Virus record (IMG/VR): IMGVR_UViG_3300021964_000288
Coordinates: 1-31,994 of that record
DNA length: 31,994 nt
From: a virus
Lineage: Duplodnaviria > Caudoviricetes
Reading direction: 5' to 3' (one strand)
The notes below the pieces were generated by a model, which saw only the letters and a program-made list of their open reading frames with translations, searched no databases and had not been told where the DNA came from. Below, one piece after another: positions 16,893 to 25,430 of the stretch. The position numbers and the translations under genes were made by a program. How positions within the stretch are numbered: position 1 is the first letter of the stretch; each line of letters begins with the position of its first letter.

Positions 16893-18468
16893 GCTGTAGT
16901 TCCTTCACCAATGGTGCTACTTTTCCACCAGCTTCAGCTAGTTGCATATCCTGTTGCTGTTGTGCTGCTTGTTGTTGAGCTGCAGCTCTTTGCTGTCGGA
17001 TAGCCTGGACTTCATCCACTGATCGGATCACTTTCGATGGTACACCTAACACTCTTGCTAAGTGATTAACCATGCGGTCACTATCAATGAAATCCATTAC
17101 TGGACTCATCTGTGACATCGGAGTGATAATCTCTAAGGTACGAAGTATTGCCTGGACATCACCTTGTTTCTGAGATCTTGCCAATGGTGATACATATTCG
17201 ATATCAATGGTTTGACCTTGAAGTTCTTCTGGTGCTGGAGGTAATATTCCTTTCCTTAGGAGAATATTAAAAGTTCTATTAATCAAAGGCTGTAACATCT
17301 CTGATTGTAATCTCCCTAATACAGGAGCTAGTAATCTCATTTTTTCTTCATTACGCTGCATAACTTCCGTTGCAGTCATCTGAATGTTTTGTGACATTAA
17401 TAACTGGTCGATGTAGTAGGCTTGTTTAATGGCAGTTCTTCTTTGTTCTTCAATATTTAAACCTAAAGGTGTATTCGCTCCAATGTTTAATGGAGTAATC
17501 GTATCTCTTGAACCACTACGATAGAAGTTTAGTCCACCTGGTTGTGTTCTTACGGGTAAAACAAAAGAGTCATCAGGCACTAACAATGGTGGATCTACCA
17601 TTTTCTGTGCAGCCTTAATTGTTGTTTCTGCCATCTTGTTAATCATTTTGATATCAGCAAGAGCGGTCATACTTGGTGATCTACCATAAATCTCATTACT
17701 GGATTTTAACCATCTCGGTACAACAAAAGGGAACTCTCTAAAACCCGACATTGAAATAATTGTTCCATCTTCATCATAATAAACAGAACTAAATTCCATT
17801 GACTTGTTATCCATCTTATAAGGATTGAGATCATCGTTAGGCTTTACACAATGATAAATCGTAACATCATCATGAGGTGCAGTTTGCACAATCTTCATAA
17901 TTCTTTTTGGTAACTTATCTCCAAACTGTTGATACGCAGCTCTTGCAGTCATCTTTAATTCACGATGAATAGTATCGACTTTGCCTTTATTATTTTCCTG
18001 AATATAAATTTCTTTAATATGCCTAGTTGAAAATCTTACAAAATCTTTTTCATCTTCTTCAATCATCATGCAGCCTGTACCAAAGGCTACCATGTCTGTA
18101 TATAATTCGTGGATCTCTTGTTGGAAGTTAGATCTATCTAATGCCATATACATGGTATCGGTACATGACTCTAACCATTCTTTATTCGCTTCTATATCAG
18201 AAACCATTTCATCTTTAAATCTCATGGAGAACCAGGGAGTTGCTGCATTCGTCAGCATTCCATGAAGTGATGATGATAATAATTCTAATGCGTGTAGTGC
18301 TGTTCCATCAAAAATTCTTTCTGTTCTTTTATCACCTCGTGACCTGGTGGTTGTAACATCAGCTCGTCTTGGTAAACAATAGTCAGCGACTTCTTGCCAA
18401 TGACTTTCCCAGTTTTGTCTTTTTGTTTTTAATTGACTGAACTGGTTTTTTAAATCCTTACCTTGCAT
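16885..18468 (-). CDS. Portal (head-tail connector) protein, T7 gp8-like
   Basis: WESHWQEVADY, FPFVVPRW...YGRSP, MTATEV, IEYVSPLARSQ. Confidence 0.93.
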   Translation of the reverse strand: MQGKDLKNQFSQLKTKRQNWESHWQEVADYCLPRRADVTTTRSRGDKRTERIFDGTALHALELLSSSLHGMLTNAATPWFSMRFKDEMVSDIEANKEWLESCTDTMYMALDRSNFQQEIHELYTDMVAFGTGCMMIEEDEKDFVRFSTRHIKEIYIQENNKGKVDTIHRELKMTARAAYQQFGDKLPKRIMKIVQTAPHDDVTIYHCVKPNDDLNPYKMDNKSMEFSSVYYDEDGTIISMSGFREFPFVVPRWLKSSNEIYGRSPSMTALADIKMINKMAETTIKAAQKMVDPPLLVPDDSFVLPVRTQPGGLNFYRSGSRDTITPLNIGANTPLGLNIEEQRRTAIKQAYYIDQLLMSQNIQMTATEVMQRNEEKMRLLAPVLGRLQSEMLQPLINRTFNILLRKGILPPAPEELQGQTIDIEYVSPLARSQKQGDVQAILRTLEIITPMSQMSPVMDFIDSDRMVNHLARVLGVPSKVIRSVDEVQAIRQQRAAAQQQAAQQQQDMQLAEAGGKVAPLVKELQRG

Positions 18469-19118
18469 TATTTAATCAATCCACCTTTCTGATTTCTTTG
18501 ACCACCTAATAATGTTGAATAATCCTTTACACCTTTTTCATAAATTCTTCTTCTTTTTTCTTCGGGTGTTTCTTTCATAATATCTTCTTTACCTAAAATA
18601 GAACTCATCGCCATTCCGACTAAACCACCCTTACTAATTAAACTTGGAACAATTCCTTTTTGTTGTCTTGGTTTAGGAGTGTATTGCATATAGTCTTTAG
18701 TGGTTGTACCTGGTGAAGAACTAACACCACTTCTTAAATAAGCTGGATCTTTTGCTTTACCACCAAATACTGCTCTACCCATATCACCAAACATTTCTCC
18801 TACTGTTGGTGCAGACGCAGCTATCCTTCCAGTATAGTCTGCTGCTGTAGCTCCAGTTCTCATTACTGGTTTTGTTAATGGTTTGCCTTCAGCATCTTTC
18901 ATGATGTTACCTTTGGCATCCCTTCTATATTGTGTTAATCCTTTTACCTTTGGTGAACCTTCTATAAACTGAATACCTCTACCCGCATCTGCGGCTTTGG
19001 CTAATTCAGCTTCTCTCTTTTTAGAGATCTCTCCACCCGTCATAATGTTTGACATTAATTCTTGAGTGGTGGCTGCTCTTTTTGTTTCTCTTGATTTGGT
19101 AGCTGTTTCTGATCCCAT
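18468..19118 (-). CDS. Hypothetical basic, Gly-rich virion-module protein
   Basis: 216-aa ORF tightly coupled to both neighbours. Confidence 0.6.
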   Translation of the reverse strand: MGSETATKSRETKRAATTQELMSNIMTGGEISKKREAELAKAADAGRGIQFIEGSPKVKGLTQYRRDAKGNIMKDAEGKPLTKPVMRTGATAADYTGRIAASAPTVGEMFGDMGRAVFGGKAKDPAYLRSGVSSSPGTTTKDYMQYTPKPRQQKGIVPSLISKGGLVGMAMSSILGKEDIMKETPEEKRRRIYEKGVKDYSTLLGGQRNQKGGLIK

Positions 19119-19119
19119 C

Positions 19120-19347
19120 TTATGCTCCTAATAAAGTTTTCTTGTAAATTTGTGGATCTTCTTCCACGCCTTTTTTAGAAGTTAAAATTGTTTTTGTGTA
19201 CCCAGCTCTTTTCTTCTTCATTGTTTGTTTAATCATTTCTGTAGACTCAGCTGGTAACTCGGCAGCGGTAGCTGCTGGTACTTCAGGCAGCGGAGCTGGA
19301 GGTGGTGGCGGAGCTGGTGTCTTTGGTTTTAAAAATCCCATTTTCAA
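19120..19347 (-). CDS. Small Pro-rich virion protein ending KKTLLGA
   Basis: MGFLKPKTPAPPPPP...TILTS...KKTLLG, typical of the small gene upstream of podophage portals. Confidence 0.7.
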   Translation of the reverse strand: MKMGFLKPKTPAPPPPPAPLPEVPAATAAELPAESTEMIKQTMKKKRAGYTKTILTSKKGVEEDPQIYKKTLLGA

Positions 19348-20630
19348 TCCCTCCCTAAAGGATCGTAGTTTAACCCCTCTGCAAATCTCTGCACAGGAGC
19401 AGTGTTGTTAAAATCCAAATCTCTAATTGCAACAGCGGCTGTTCGCCAGGCATCACAATAGTGACTTGACCAATCATGGATCGGTTTGGAATAAGTTTTT
19501 AATTTATCTAACCACTTACGATGATACCATCTCATCGCATCCAAGAATGGTTTACAGTTATCTCTATCAATATATGTGCGATTTAGCAAGAGTTGTCCAG
19601 CATGGATACCATCTTCAATCGGCAGCTTTGGACAGACTCGGATAGGTCGCATTCCCATACTATAGGCATACTCTTTCCTGGAATGTCCAGTAGACATCTC
19701 TCTGTGATCTATATCGTGTGGAAATACAAAATTTCTAATAGGGTAGCCTGTTTGTCGGATATAGTCTGCATAGTGATCCAGGCTTTTGTTATTATTACTA
19801 TAACAATCAAATACAATAATAGCTCGGTCAATAGGTTGGATGAATAATAAACTGGTATCATCTGATATTCCTAAATCAAAATAAACATCGACAGGATAGC
19901 CAGGATCAAAGGGAAACTTACCAATTTGTTTCTTTTCTTCCATCTTATCAATAATTTTACCATACACCGCACCGCTTACATTGGCTGTCCAAGAACATTC
20001 AAATTCCTGTTGATACTGATCCTCGGTCATCAGTTTCCTTGCTTCTTCTAATTCTTCTTTAGGTACGAGGTTTGTTTCACTAGCTTTATGAATAACTGTT
20101 AGCCAGGCTGCATCTCCTTTAGCCTTTTCATACAAATCATAAAACGAGTTCATTCCTTGTGGAGTTCCGATGAAGTAAATATTACCCAAGCGGTCTGCCA
20201 CTGCTGGTCGTAAGATCTCTGGAAATAGTCTTTCATCCATCTGAGCATACTCATCACAGAAGATCTCATCAAAGTATTGACCACGAGCAGAGTCTGGATT
20301 TTCACTACCAAACAAAGATATTCTCGCTCCTGTCGGGAAGTCAGCTCTTAATTCTGTTTCATTAAACTTCATGCCAGGTATCTTTCGGGAATAATGTTTT
20401 AAATAATCCCATGCAATCAATTTAGCCTGGACTCTAGTAGGAGCAAAGAACGCACCTCTAAATGCCTTTTTTTTGCTCGTGAGAGCCGATTTAATAAGGT
20501 GGTTGATAGACATGACTGTCTTACCTCCTCGTCTGTGCATGACGATTACAGCAAATCTGTATTTACTTAATTCACCATGGAGCTTTTGTTGTTGTGGTCT
20601 AGGGGTATAAGGTATCTCTATTGTTTTCAA
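19344..20630 (-). CDS. terL: Terminase large subunit
   Basis: HRRGGKT Walker A, FCDEYA Walker B, IGTPQG, FDLGISD nuclease Asp, HDWSSHYCDAWR. Confidence 0.95.
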   Translation of the reverse strand: MKTIEIPYTPRPQQQKLHGELSKYRFAVIVMHRRGGKTVMSINHLIKSALTSKKKAFRGAFFAPTRVQAKLIAWDYLKHYSRKIPGMKFNETELRADFPTGARISLFGSENPDSARGQYFDEIFCDEYAQMDERLFPEILRPAVADRLGNIYFIGTPQGMNSFYDLYEKAKGDAAWLTVIHKASETNLVPKEELEEARKLMTEDQYQQEFECSWTANVSGAVYGKIIDKMEEKKQIGKFPFDPGYPVDVYFDLGISDDTSLLFIQPIDRAIIVFDCYSNNNKSLDHYADYIRQTGYPIRNFVFPHDIDHREMSTGHSRKEYAYSMGMRPIRVCPKLPIEDGIHAGQLLLNRTYIDRDNCKPFLDAMRWYHRKWLDKLKTYSKPIHDWSSHYCDAWRTAAVAIRDLDFNNTAPVQRFAEGLNYDPLGRD

Positions 20631-20809
20631 TGTATTGTTTCCGTTAGAGCTAATAGTTCATCGTTGAAGTCTATTGCTAGATATTCGCACAATTCTCTGG
20701 CTGCTTTCACCATAGATTGTTCATCATCAAATTTACCAATAACAATAGATACTTCTTTTGTTTTACTGTTGTATATTATTTTAGATGTTATTAGACTATC
20801 TCTGTCCAA
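20627..20809 (-). CDS. Hypothetical protein
   Basis: 60-aa ORF with TTG start; stop overlaps TerL start (ATGA). Confidence 0.55.
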   Translation of the reverse strand: MDRDSLITSKIIYNSKTKEVSIVIGKFDDEQSMVKAARELCEYLAIDFNDELLALTETIH

Positions 20810-21002
20810 GTGTCTTGAACTCCCATGTATTATATATACTCAGACGCACCCCGCATTTTGGGGGTATCAAACTTTTATTTGTTCGTATTTTGTTCATTAT
20901 TTTTGAGATTTTTTTACTATTTGTTGCATAACATATATTAGAGGTCAAACACCGCTATATTTTTCAATGGTTTTAGAGCTGCGACATTCTTGACTACTAT
21001 AT

Positions 21003-21440
21003 CTAGTGCTGGGTTTTCTCATTATCCTCAGAACTTCTTGTCGTGTGTGCGAGATCTGCTTGTTTATCTGTCGTGCTGCCATCTTCCTTCCAAACAACCT
21101 GGATCACTGGCTCTCCCTCATTAACAACTGTCTGCTTATCTCCGAAAACATTTACCAGCTTAGACACTAACCACCTGGCGTGATGTAGCTTCTCTCTGTA
21201 CCACTGGACCTTCTGTGGCTCTACCTCTTGATCGAGCAGCTCCTGGCACTTATCCAGCCAGACCATCGCTCCCATCCTTCTCGCATCTAATATCTTGTTA
21301 CGAAACTTCTCATCTTCTCTCATCCATGTATTCACAGTCGATTGACCTGGCATATCTTTCTCACGACAAATGGAAACTAAAGTTTCACCAAGCTCGAGTC
21401 TTTGGAGTATTTTGTCTAATGTGCTTTTTGATTTCTTCAT
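21003..21440 (-). CDS. terS: Terminase small subunit (Sf6 gp1-like HTH)
   Basis: ILQRLELGETLVSICREKDMPGQSTVNTWM, RWLVSKL...FGDKQ. Confidence 0.8.
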   Translation of the reverse strand: MKKSKSTLDKILQRLELGETLVSICREKDMPGQSTVNTWMREDEKFRNKILDARRMGAMVWLDKCQELLDQEVEPQKVQWYREKLHHARWLVSKLVNVFGDKQTVVNEGEPVIQVVWKEDGSTTDKQADLAHTTRSSEDNEKTQH

Positions 21441-21639
21441 CTGTTTTGTTTTTAAATGGCAATAGGTTTCTATATGCCTTTAACTTTCCTTCCTCTGTCG
21501 TAGCTCCGTTTGATAGTCCACCATGATACCGACAAACATACCTTCCGTTCCTACAAAGAATACCTTTAGCCTGGCACTGTTTCCCATCATATTTTCTTTT
21601 AGCTTCACAGTATATTTTTTTACTTGGTCTACCAACCAT
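21385..21639 (-). CDS. HGGxSTG-motif Cys/His-rich protein
   Basis: CEAK..CQAK..CRYHGGLSNGATTEEGK. Confidence 0.75.
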   Translation of the reverse strand: MVGRPSKKIYCEAKRKYDGKQCQAKGILCRNGRYVCRYHGGLSNGATTEEGKLKAYRNLLPFKNKTDEEIKKHIRQNTPKTRAW

Positions 21640-22298
21640 TATCTTTTCTTCTTAAATTCCTTCACTATACCCAAATGAACAGCATATTTCCATGCTTCTT
21701 CGCTTGTTTTAGGATTAAGATACATCTCTTTCCATTTAAATGATGCTTTATAATCTCCAGTCTTTTGTACCATTCGTTGTCTAATACTTTCTGGATCTAA
21801 ATATTTCTTCTTATTTCCATCAGTAACATTCCTGTATTCGATCTTAAAATTCTTAGTGAGATTATGTAATATATTTTTTACTTCATCTTTTTTGTTAGTG
21901 GTAGACATATCTGGCTTGTGTTCCTTATTAGTTAATTCATTAGTTAATTCATTAGTTAATTGGTCAGACAAATCTGTCCACTGTTTTGGACAAATCTGTC
22001 TACTACTTTGGACAAATCTGTCTACTGTTAGATCATAAATAATTTCATATTCAGTAGCTCTGCCTGTATAACCTCTCTTTAATTTCTTTAAAAAACCATG
22101 TTTAATCAGGTCATTAATACCCCTAGTAACACTCCTGGAATGTAATCCAGTATCATCAGCTAACCTAGCATGACTCGGAAACAGCTTACCCGTTTTATTG
22201 TTAGCTCTATCCAAAAGGAAGAACATTACCCGCCTGGCTGCATCATTTAACTGCTTTGATTGGTTTACGATTTTTAATAATTTCCATTTTTTTATCAT
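21639..22298 (-). CDS. HTH replication initiator (lambda O-like)
   Basis: N-terminal wHTH FPSHARLADDTGLHSRSVTRGINDLIKHGFL; internal iterons. Confidence 0.75.
   Translation of the reverse strand: MIKKWKLLKIVNQSKQLNDAARRVMFFLLDRANNKTGKLFPSHARLADDTGLHSRSVTRGINDLIKHGFLKKLKRGYTGRATEYEIIYDLTVDRFVQSSRQICPKQWTDLSDQLTNELTNELTNKEHKPDMSTTNKKDEVKNILHNLTKNFKIEYRNVTDGNKKKYLDPESIRQRMVQKTGDYKASFKWKEMYLNPKTSEEAWKYAVHLGIVKEFKKKR
21927..22025. repeat. Putative replication origin: three 22-bp-spaced iterons plus three AT-rich 12-mers
   Basis: GACAAATCTGTC at 21967, 21989, 22011; ATTAGTTAATT(C) at 21927, 21939, 21951. Confidence 0.8.
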
Positions 22299-22569
22299 AA
22301 ATGTTAAATTTTACCCTCCAGAATATGTTTAATTTTCCTTTATAGATACTTTGCCGCCTTCCAGTATCTGTGATCTCATCCTTTTCATTGACAATCAAAT
22401 CCGCTGCTAAAACATAGCATTCTTTATCTTCAGCAATAACCCAACCAACAGAGAAACACTTGGCAAGTCCTATAAAACTTAATGGGAACTCTTTCCAGCC
22501 TGTTTCATCTTCCTGGGGATCTTTCCATCTAAAGATTAATAAATCTGGATTAGTCTTTGAAGAAATCAT
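22243..22569 (-). CDS. Conserved phage hypothetical protein
   Basis: WKDP...GW...CFSVGWVIAED pattern; overlaps both neighbours. Confidence 0.65.
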   Translation of the reverse strand: MISSKTNPDLLIFRWKDPQEDETGWKEFPLSFIGLAKCFSVGWVIAEDKECYVLAADLIVNEKDEITDTGRRQSIYKGKLNIFWRVKFNIYDKKMEIIKNRKPIKAVK

Positions 22570-22750
22570 CTGGTTTTACTTCTCCCTCTGTTGCATGAAA
22601 AATTTTTTTTATATTTCCACTGCTAGGAATTAAACCTTGACACCATCGTTGTACTAACCTGGCGGGATTGGAATGATTGGAAAAACCCAGCAAATCAGCC
22701 AGTTTTCCGAATGTAAGTTCATATTTTTTTCTATATTGTTCTAATTTCAT
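22550..22750 (-). CDS. Cro-like HTH repressor
   Basis: MKLEQYRKKYELTFGKLADLLG...VQRW...IP...IFHATEGEVKPDDF; first gene of the leftward operon. Confidence 0.8.
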   Translation of the reverse strand: MKLEQYRKKYELTFGKLADLLGFSNHSNPARLVQRWCQGLIPSSGNIKKIFHATEGEVKPDDFFKD

Positions 22751-22824
22751 AGCATAAATATCTATATTAATTTTTTTATTTCAACTTTTTTTATATTTTT
22801 TTTATTTTTTTTTTACCCAGGGTA

Positions 22825-22856
22825 TTGACATTATAGCAATCAATGCTATTTATATT
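22825..22856 (+). promoter_or_regulatory. Sigma70-type early promoter with palindromic operator (copy 1)
   Basis: TTGACA-TT-ATAGCA-ATCAA-TGCTAT-TTATATT, with upstream T-rich tract. Confidence 0.75.
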
Positions 22857-22893
22857 GTAGATGTTAAAACAAATCAAAAACGGAGGTAACAAA

Positions 22894-23460
22894 ATGGACA
22901 TCATGTACGGACACGATAACTTCGAAAATGCTTACGAAGTAGACAACTACCCTTGGGGATTTAAGCTCAAGACAAAACGTAGATACTGGATCGAAACAAA
23001 AAAAGGTTTTGGTGACAGATTAGTCTTTGCAACTTTAAACCCAAAGAACGGAAAATGGTGTAAGCCAAAAGCTGGTACTTACCAGCCAGTCCAGGTCTTA
23101 GCTCTTAACCAGGATGGTCATGTCATTACAAGAGGTCTTGGTCTATGGCAGACAAACGAGGACATCGCTAAGCTCTTAGAAATAGTAGACTGGAAAAAAC
23201 TTAACGAGATCCAGCAGAAAAAACTCTGCGAGGTCAGAGCGGTAAACCAGGTCATGAAAAAAGTAGAGTTCAAAGTCGAAGCAGTAAGACACGAACCAAT
23301 CATCCTAGGTCAAAGAACTCCAGAACAGCAAAAGCTAAGAGAGCAAGAAAGAGCTAGACAGGAAGCCAGGAAGCAAAAAGAAAAAGATGACTGGAAAAAG
23401 ATAAACAAAGCAATCAACAATCAATATGCGGTTTGCTTACAACAACACAAATTACTTTAG
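22894..23460 (+). CDS. Early hypothetical protein; start moved to ATG 22894
   Basis: GGAGGT SD before ATG 22894; DNYPWGFKLKTKRRYWIE...KWCKPKAGTY. Confidence 0.75.
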   Translation: MDIMYGHDNFENAYEVDNYPWGFKLKTKRRYWIETKKGFGDRLVFATLNPKNGKWCKPKAGTYQPVQVLALNQDGHVITRGLGLWQTNEDIAKLLEIVDWKKLNEIQQKKLCEVRAVNQVMKKVEFKVEAVRHEPIILGQRTPEQQKLREQERARQEARKQKEKDDWKKINKAINNQYAVCLQQHKLL

Positions 23461-23474
23461 GAGGTAAAACAATA

Positions 23475-23657
23475 ATGCAGACAGTAAATATGAAATTAAC
23501 AAAAAACGAAATTGACTGGTTATATCAAGCCACAAAAAAAGAATATGTTCATTACCTTAATCAATATGGTAACGAAAATCACAATGATAATACCAGGGAA
23601 ATTTTTAAACTTTACGCAAAAATTCATGCAATAAAAATAAAAAGATTGGAGGGGTAA
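23475..23657 (+). CDS. Early hypothetical protein
   Basis: GGAGGT SD, ATG at 23475. Confidence 0.65.
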   Translation: MQTVNMKLTKNEIDWLYQATKKEYVHYLNQYGNENHNDNTREIFKLYAKIHAIKIKRLEG

Positions 23658-23662
23658 CAATA

Positions 23663-23896
23663 ATGATGAGAATAGATTATAACAATAAAATCTTAAAAAT
23701 AGGTGATGGTAAGGTTTTAACAATGATTAGAGCCTTAGATGAATACATCATTACCATTAATAAAATGCTGGAGGAGGATCAACCTGGTTTAATTTATGAT
23801 GAAAACATGAAGCTCACAAACTATGGCAGACAAATGAAAGACGAAAAAAAGATGGCTACTGATGTTATTAACTGGATGGAGAGGGAGAGAAACTAA
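23663..23896 (+). CDS. Early hypothetical protein
   Basis: GGAGG SD, tight packing. Confidence 0.65.
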   Translation: MMRIDYNNKILKIGDGKVLTMIRALDEYIITINKMLEEDQPGLIYDENMKLTNYGRQMKDEKKMATDVINWMERERN

Positions 23897-24120
23897 TGGA
23901 TAAAAACGAGATCTTAGAACAAAAAATGAACGAAGCCTACAACAAGGCTATCGACAGTTTAGCCAGGTACAAATTTGAAATGTTTGGATACTGGAGCAGC
24001 AGCTGGGTAAAGTACAACCAGCTCTGGGGAGAATTTGGTAACAAAAGAAAACCAAACCCATTTAAAAACTTAGTCCAGGAAGCGGCTGGGATGATGAATA
24101 AATTTAAGGAGGTAGCATGA
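23896..24120 (+). CDS. Early hypothetical protein
   Basis: TAATG coupling; SLARYKFEMFGYW. Confidence 0.7.
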   Translation: MDKNEILEQKMNEAYNKAIDSLARYKFEMFGYWSSSWVKYNQLWGEFGNKRKPNPFKNLVQEAAGMMNKFKEVA

Positions 24121-24293
24121 TCGTATATCAAAATAAAGATGGTGAATACTTAAAGCCTGGAGGATTTACTAGGCTGAATGGTGGCAAAAGATTAAGCCGC
24201 AGCCAGTTAGGTTTACTTAAATTAAAAAAAGTAAAAGTAAAAGAAATCACCATGGAGAATGGAAAAAAATATTTTATTCCCGATAGGACTTGA
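24117..24293 (+). CDS. 58-aa basic early protein (not in ORF track)
   Basis: AAGGAGGT SD, ATGA overlap; MIVYQNKDGEYLKPGGF...YFIPDRT. Confidence 0.65.
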   Translation: MIVYQNKDGEYLKPGGFTRLNGGKRLSRSQLGLLKLKKVKVKEITMENGKKYFIPDRT

Positions 24294-24323
24294 CATTATA
24301 GCATTCATAGCTATATCTATAAT
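24290..24323 (+). promoter_or_regulatory. Sigma70-type promoter with operator (copy 2)
   Basis: TTGACA-T-TATAGC-ATTCATA-GCTATA-TCTATAAT. Confidence 0.75.
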
Positions 24324-24335
24324 AGGAGGTAATCA

Positions 24336-24527
24336 ATGAAAACAGTAAGAACAAAAAAGCCAAACGGACAAACCCTGGCTGCAATCGCTGCGGTCAGAAA
24401 ATATGGCTGGATCATGCTCGGAGATGGTAGCCTGGTCAAACACTACAAAGATAACGAAGGCAACGAGTTCCTGGTCTACGAAGATCAAAACAACCAGGTC
24501 ATGCTAACAGAAAGATTGGAGGACTAA
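24336..24527 (+). CDS. Early hypothetical protein
   Basis: AGGAGGT SD. Confidence 0.7.
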   Translation: MKTVRTKKPNGQTLAAIAAVRKYGWIMLGDGSLVKHYKDNEGNEFLVYEDQNNQVMLTERLED

Positions 24528-24528
24528 C

Positions 24529-24786
24529 ATGGGATTTGAAAAAAACATGAACATCAGAATTAAAGAGGTGTTCGATGAGAGCTGCTTGGATGCTCCAAAA
24601 CTAGAATGGTTTAACGGAACATTGTATGCGGATACCAACAGCAAGATAGAAGCTAAGATGATAAAAAATATCATCCAGGACTATACAGGACACCAGGTAG
24701 ACCAACACTTACTCAAAGCAACACCTACAGAGCCTTGGGATCAGTATGCCTACGACATCACAAACAAAGAGCTAGGAGGTAAATAA
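24529..24786 (+). CDS. Early hypothetical protein
   Basis: GGAGG SD. Confidence 0.7.
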   Translation: MGFEKNMNIRIKEVFDESCLDAPKLEWFNGTLYADTNSKIEAKMIKNIIQDYTGHQVDQHLLKATPTEPWDQYAYDITNKELGGK

Positions 24787-24939
24787 ATGTTAAAACAATC
24801 AAACATACTTAACCGCTGGTACAGAAAGACCATGTGGTTTTTTTCTAAGAGAGATTTTGAGTCAATCTTAAAATACGATCCATTAGATATCATTAATGGA
24901 GAAGCGGTCAAAAGACGTAAACAAAAAGGAGGTCAATAA
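24787..24939 (+). CDS. 50-aa early protein (not in ORF track)
   Basis: AGGAGGT SD; MLKQSNILNRWYRKTMWFF...KGGQ; fills the gap exactly. Confidence 0.65.
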   Translation: MLKQSNILNRWYRKTMWFFSKRDFESILKYDPLDIINGEAVKRRKQKGGQ

Positions 24940-25338
24940 ATGTTAATAGAAAAAACAATAAGATTATCTGAGGATGCAGATAGTCATCATGTAGCTGTTT
25001 TACAAAAATACAAAGACAGCTCTCTAGCTAACTTACTAGACAAAGATATTAGTGAGTTAATGTTTGAAGGCAAAGCCTGGAAAAAAGGTTTGTCTAATGA
25101 TGAGCTAGAGCAGATCTCTTTAGCTATCGCTGGTCTAGAATGTAAACTAAAAAATAAATCTAAAAAAACTTACTGGATGGATTGTTACAAATTATGGCAG
25201 ACAGAAAATAACCAGGAAGAAAAATTAGACTCGGGTATAGAGAATATGTTGCAGCATCTAATAGAAGGTGCGAAAGCTAGAAGAAACGAGCTAGATCAAG
25301 TAAACAGCATCTTTGTAGAAATGTGGAGAAAATTATAA
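24940..25338 (+). CDS. Early hypothetical protein
   Basis: AAGGAGGT SD; 132 aa. Confidence 0.7.
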   Translation: MLIEKTIRLSEDADSHHVAVLQKYKDSSLANLLDKDISELMFEGKAWKKGLSNDELEQISLAIAGLECKLKNKSKKTYWMDCYKLWQTENNQEEKLDSGIENMLQHLIEGAKARRNELDQVNSIFVEMWRKL

Positions 25339-25430
25339 TGATTAACGAGATCTTAACATTAACTGTTCACCTGGGGATGACTGCAGTCATCCTTTGGTTA
25401 GTCTATGAACTATTCGGAGATAAATCATGA
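25338..25430 (+). CDS. 30-aa single-pass membrane peptide MINEILTLTVHLGMTAVILWLVYELFGDKS (not in ORF track)
   Basis: TAATG and ATGA overlaps with neighbours; GGAG SD; hydrophobic. Confidence 0.6.
   Translation: MINEILTLTVHLGMTAVILWLVYELFGDKS

Noticed and set aside
2509-20906. Plus-strand ORFs opposite structural genes (2509, 4500, 5421, 6441, 7712, 14276, 15580, 16781, 18068, 19196, 19427, 19593, 20577)
   Set aside because: Antisense shadows of well-supported minus-strand genes with no independent signals
21385-21440. Possible programmed frameshift fusing the HGGxSTG protein to TerS (56-nt overlap, TTTAAAAAC nearby)
   Set aside because: TerS is in the +1 frame, so a -1 slip would not join them; no supporting structure seen
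21927-22025. Tandem repeats considered as a CRISPR-like mini-array
   Set aside because: Units are 12 and 22 bp with no unique spacers of CRISPR length and no cas genes; an iteron origin explains them better
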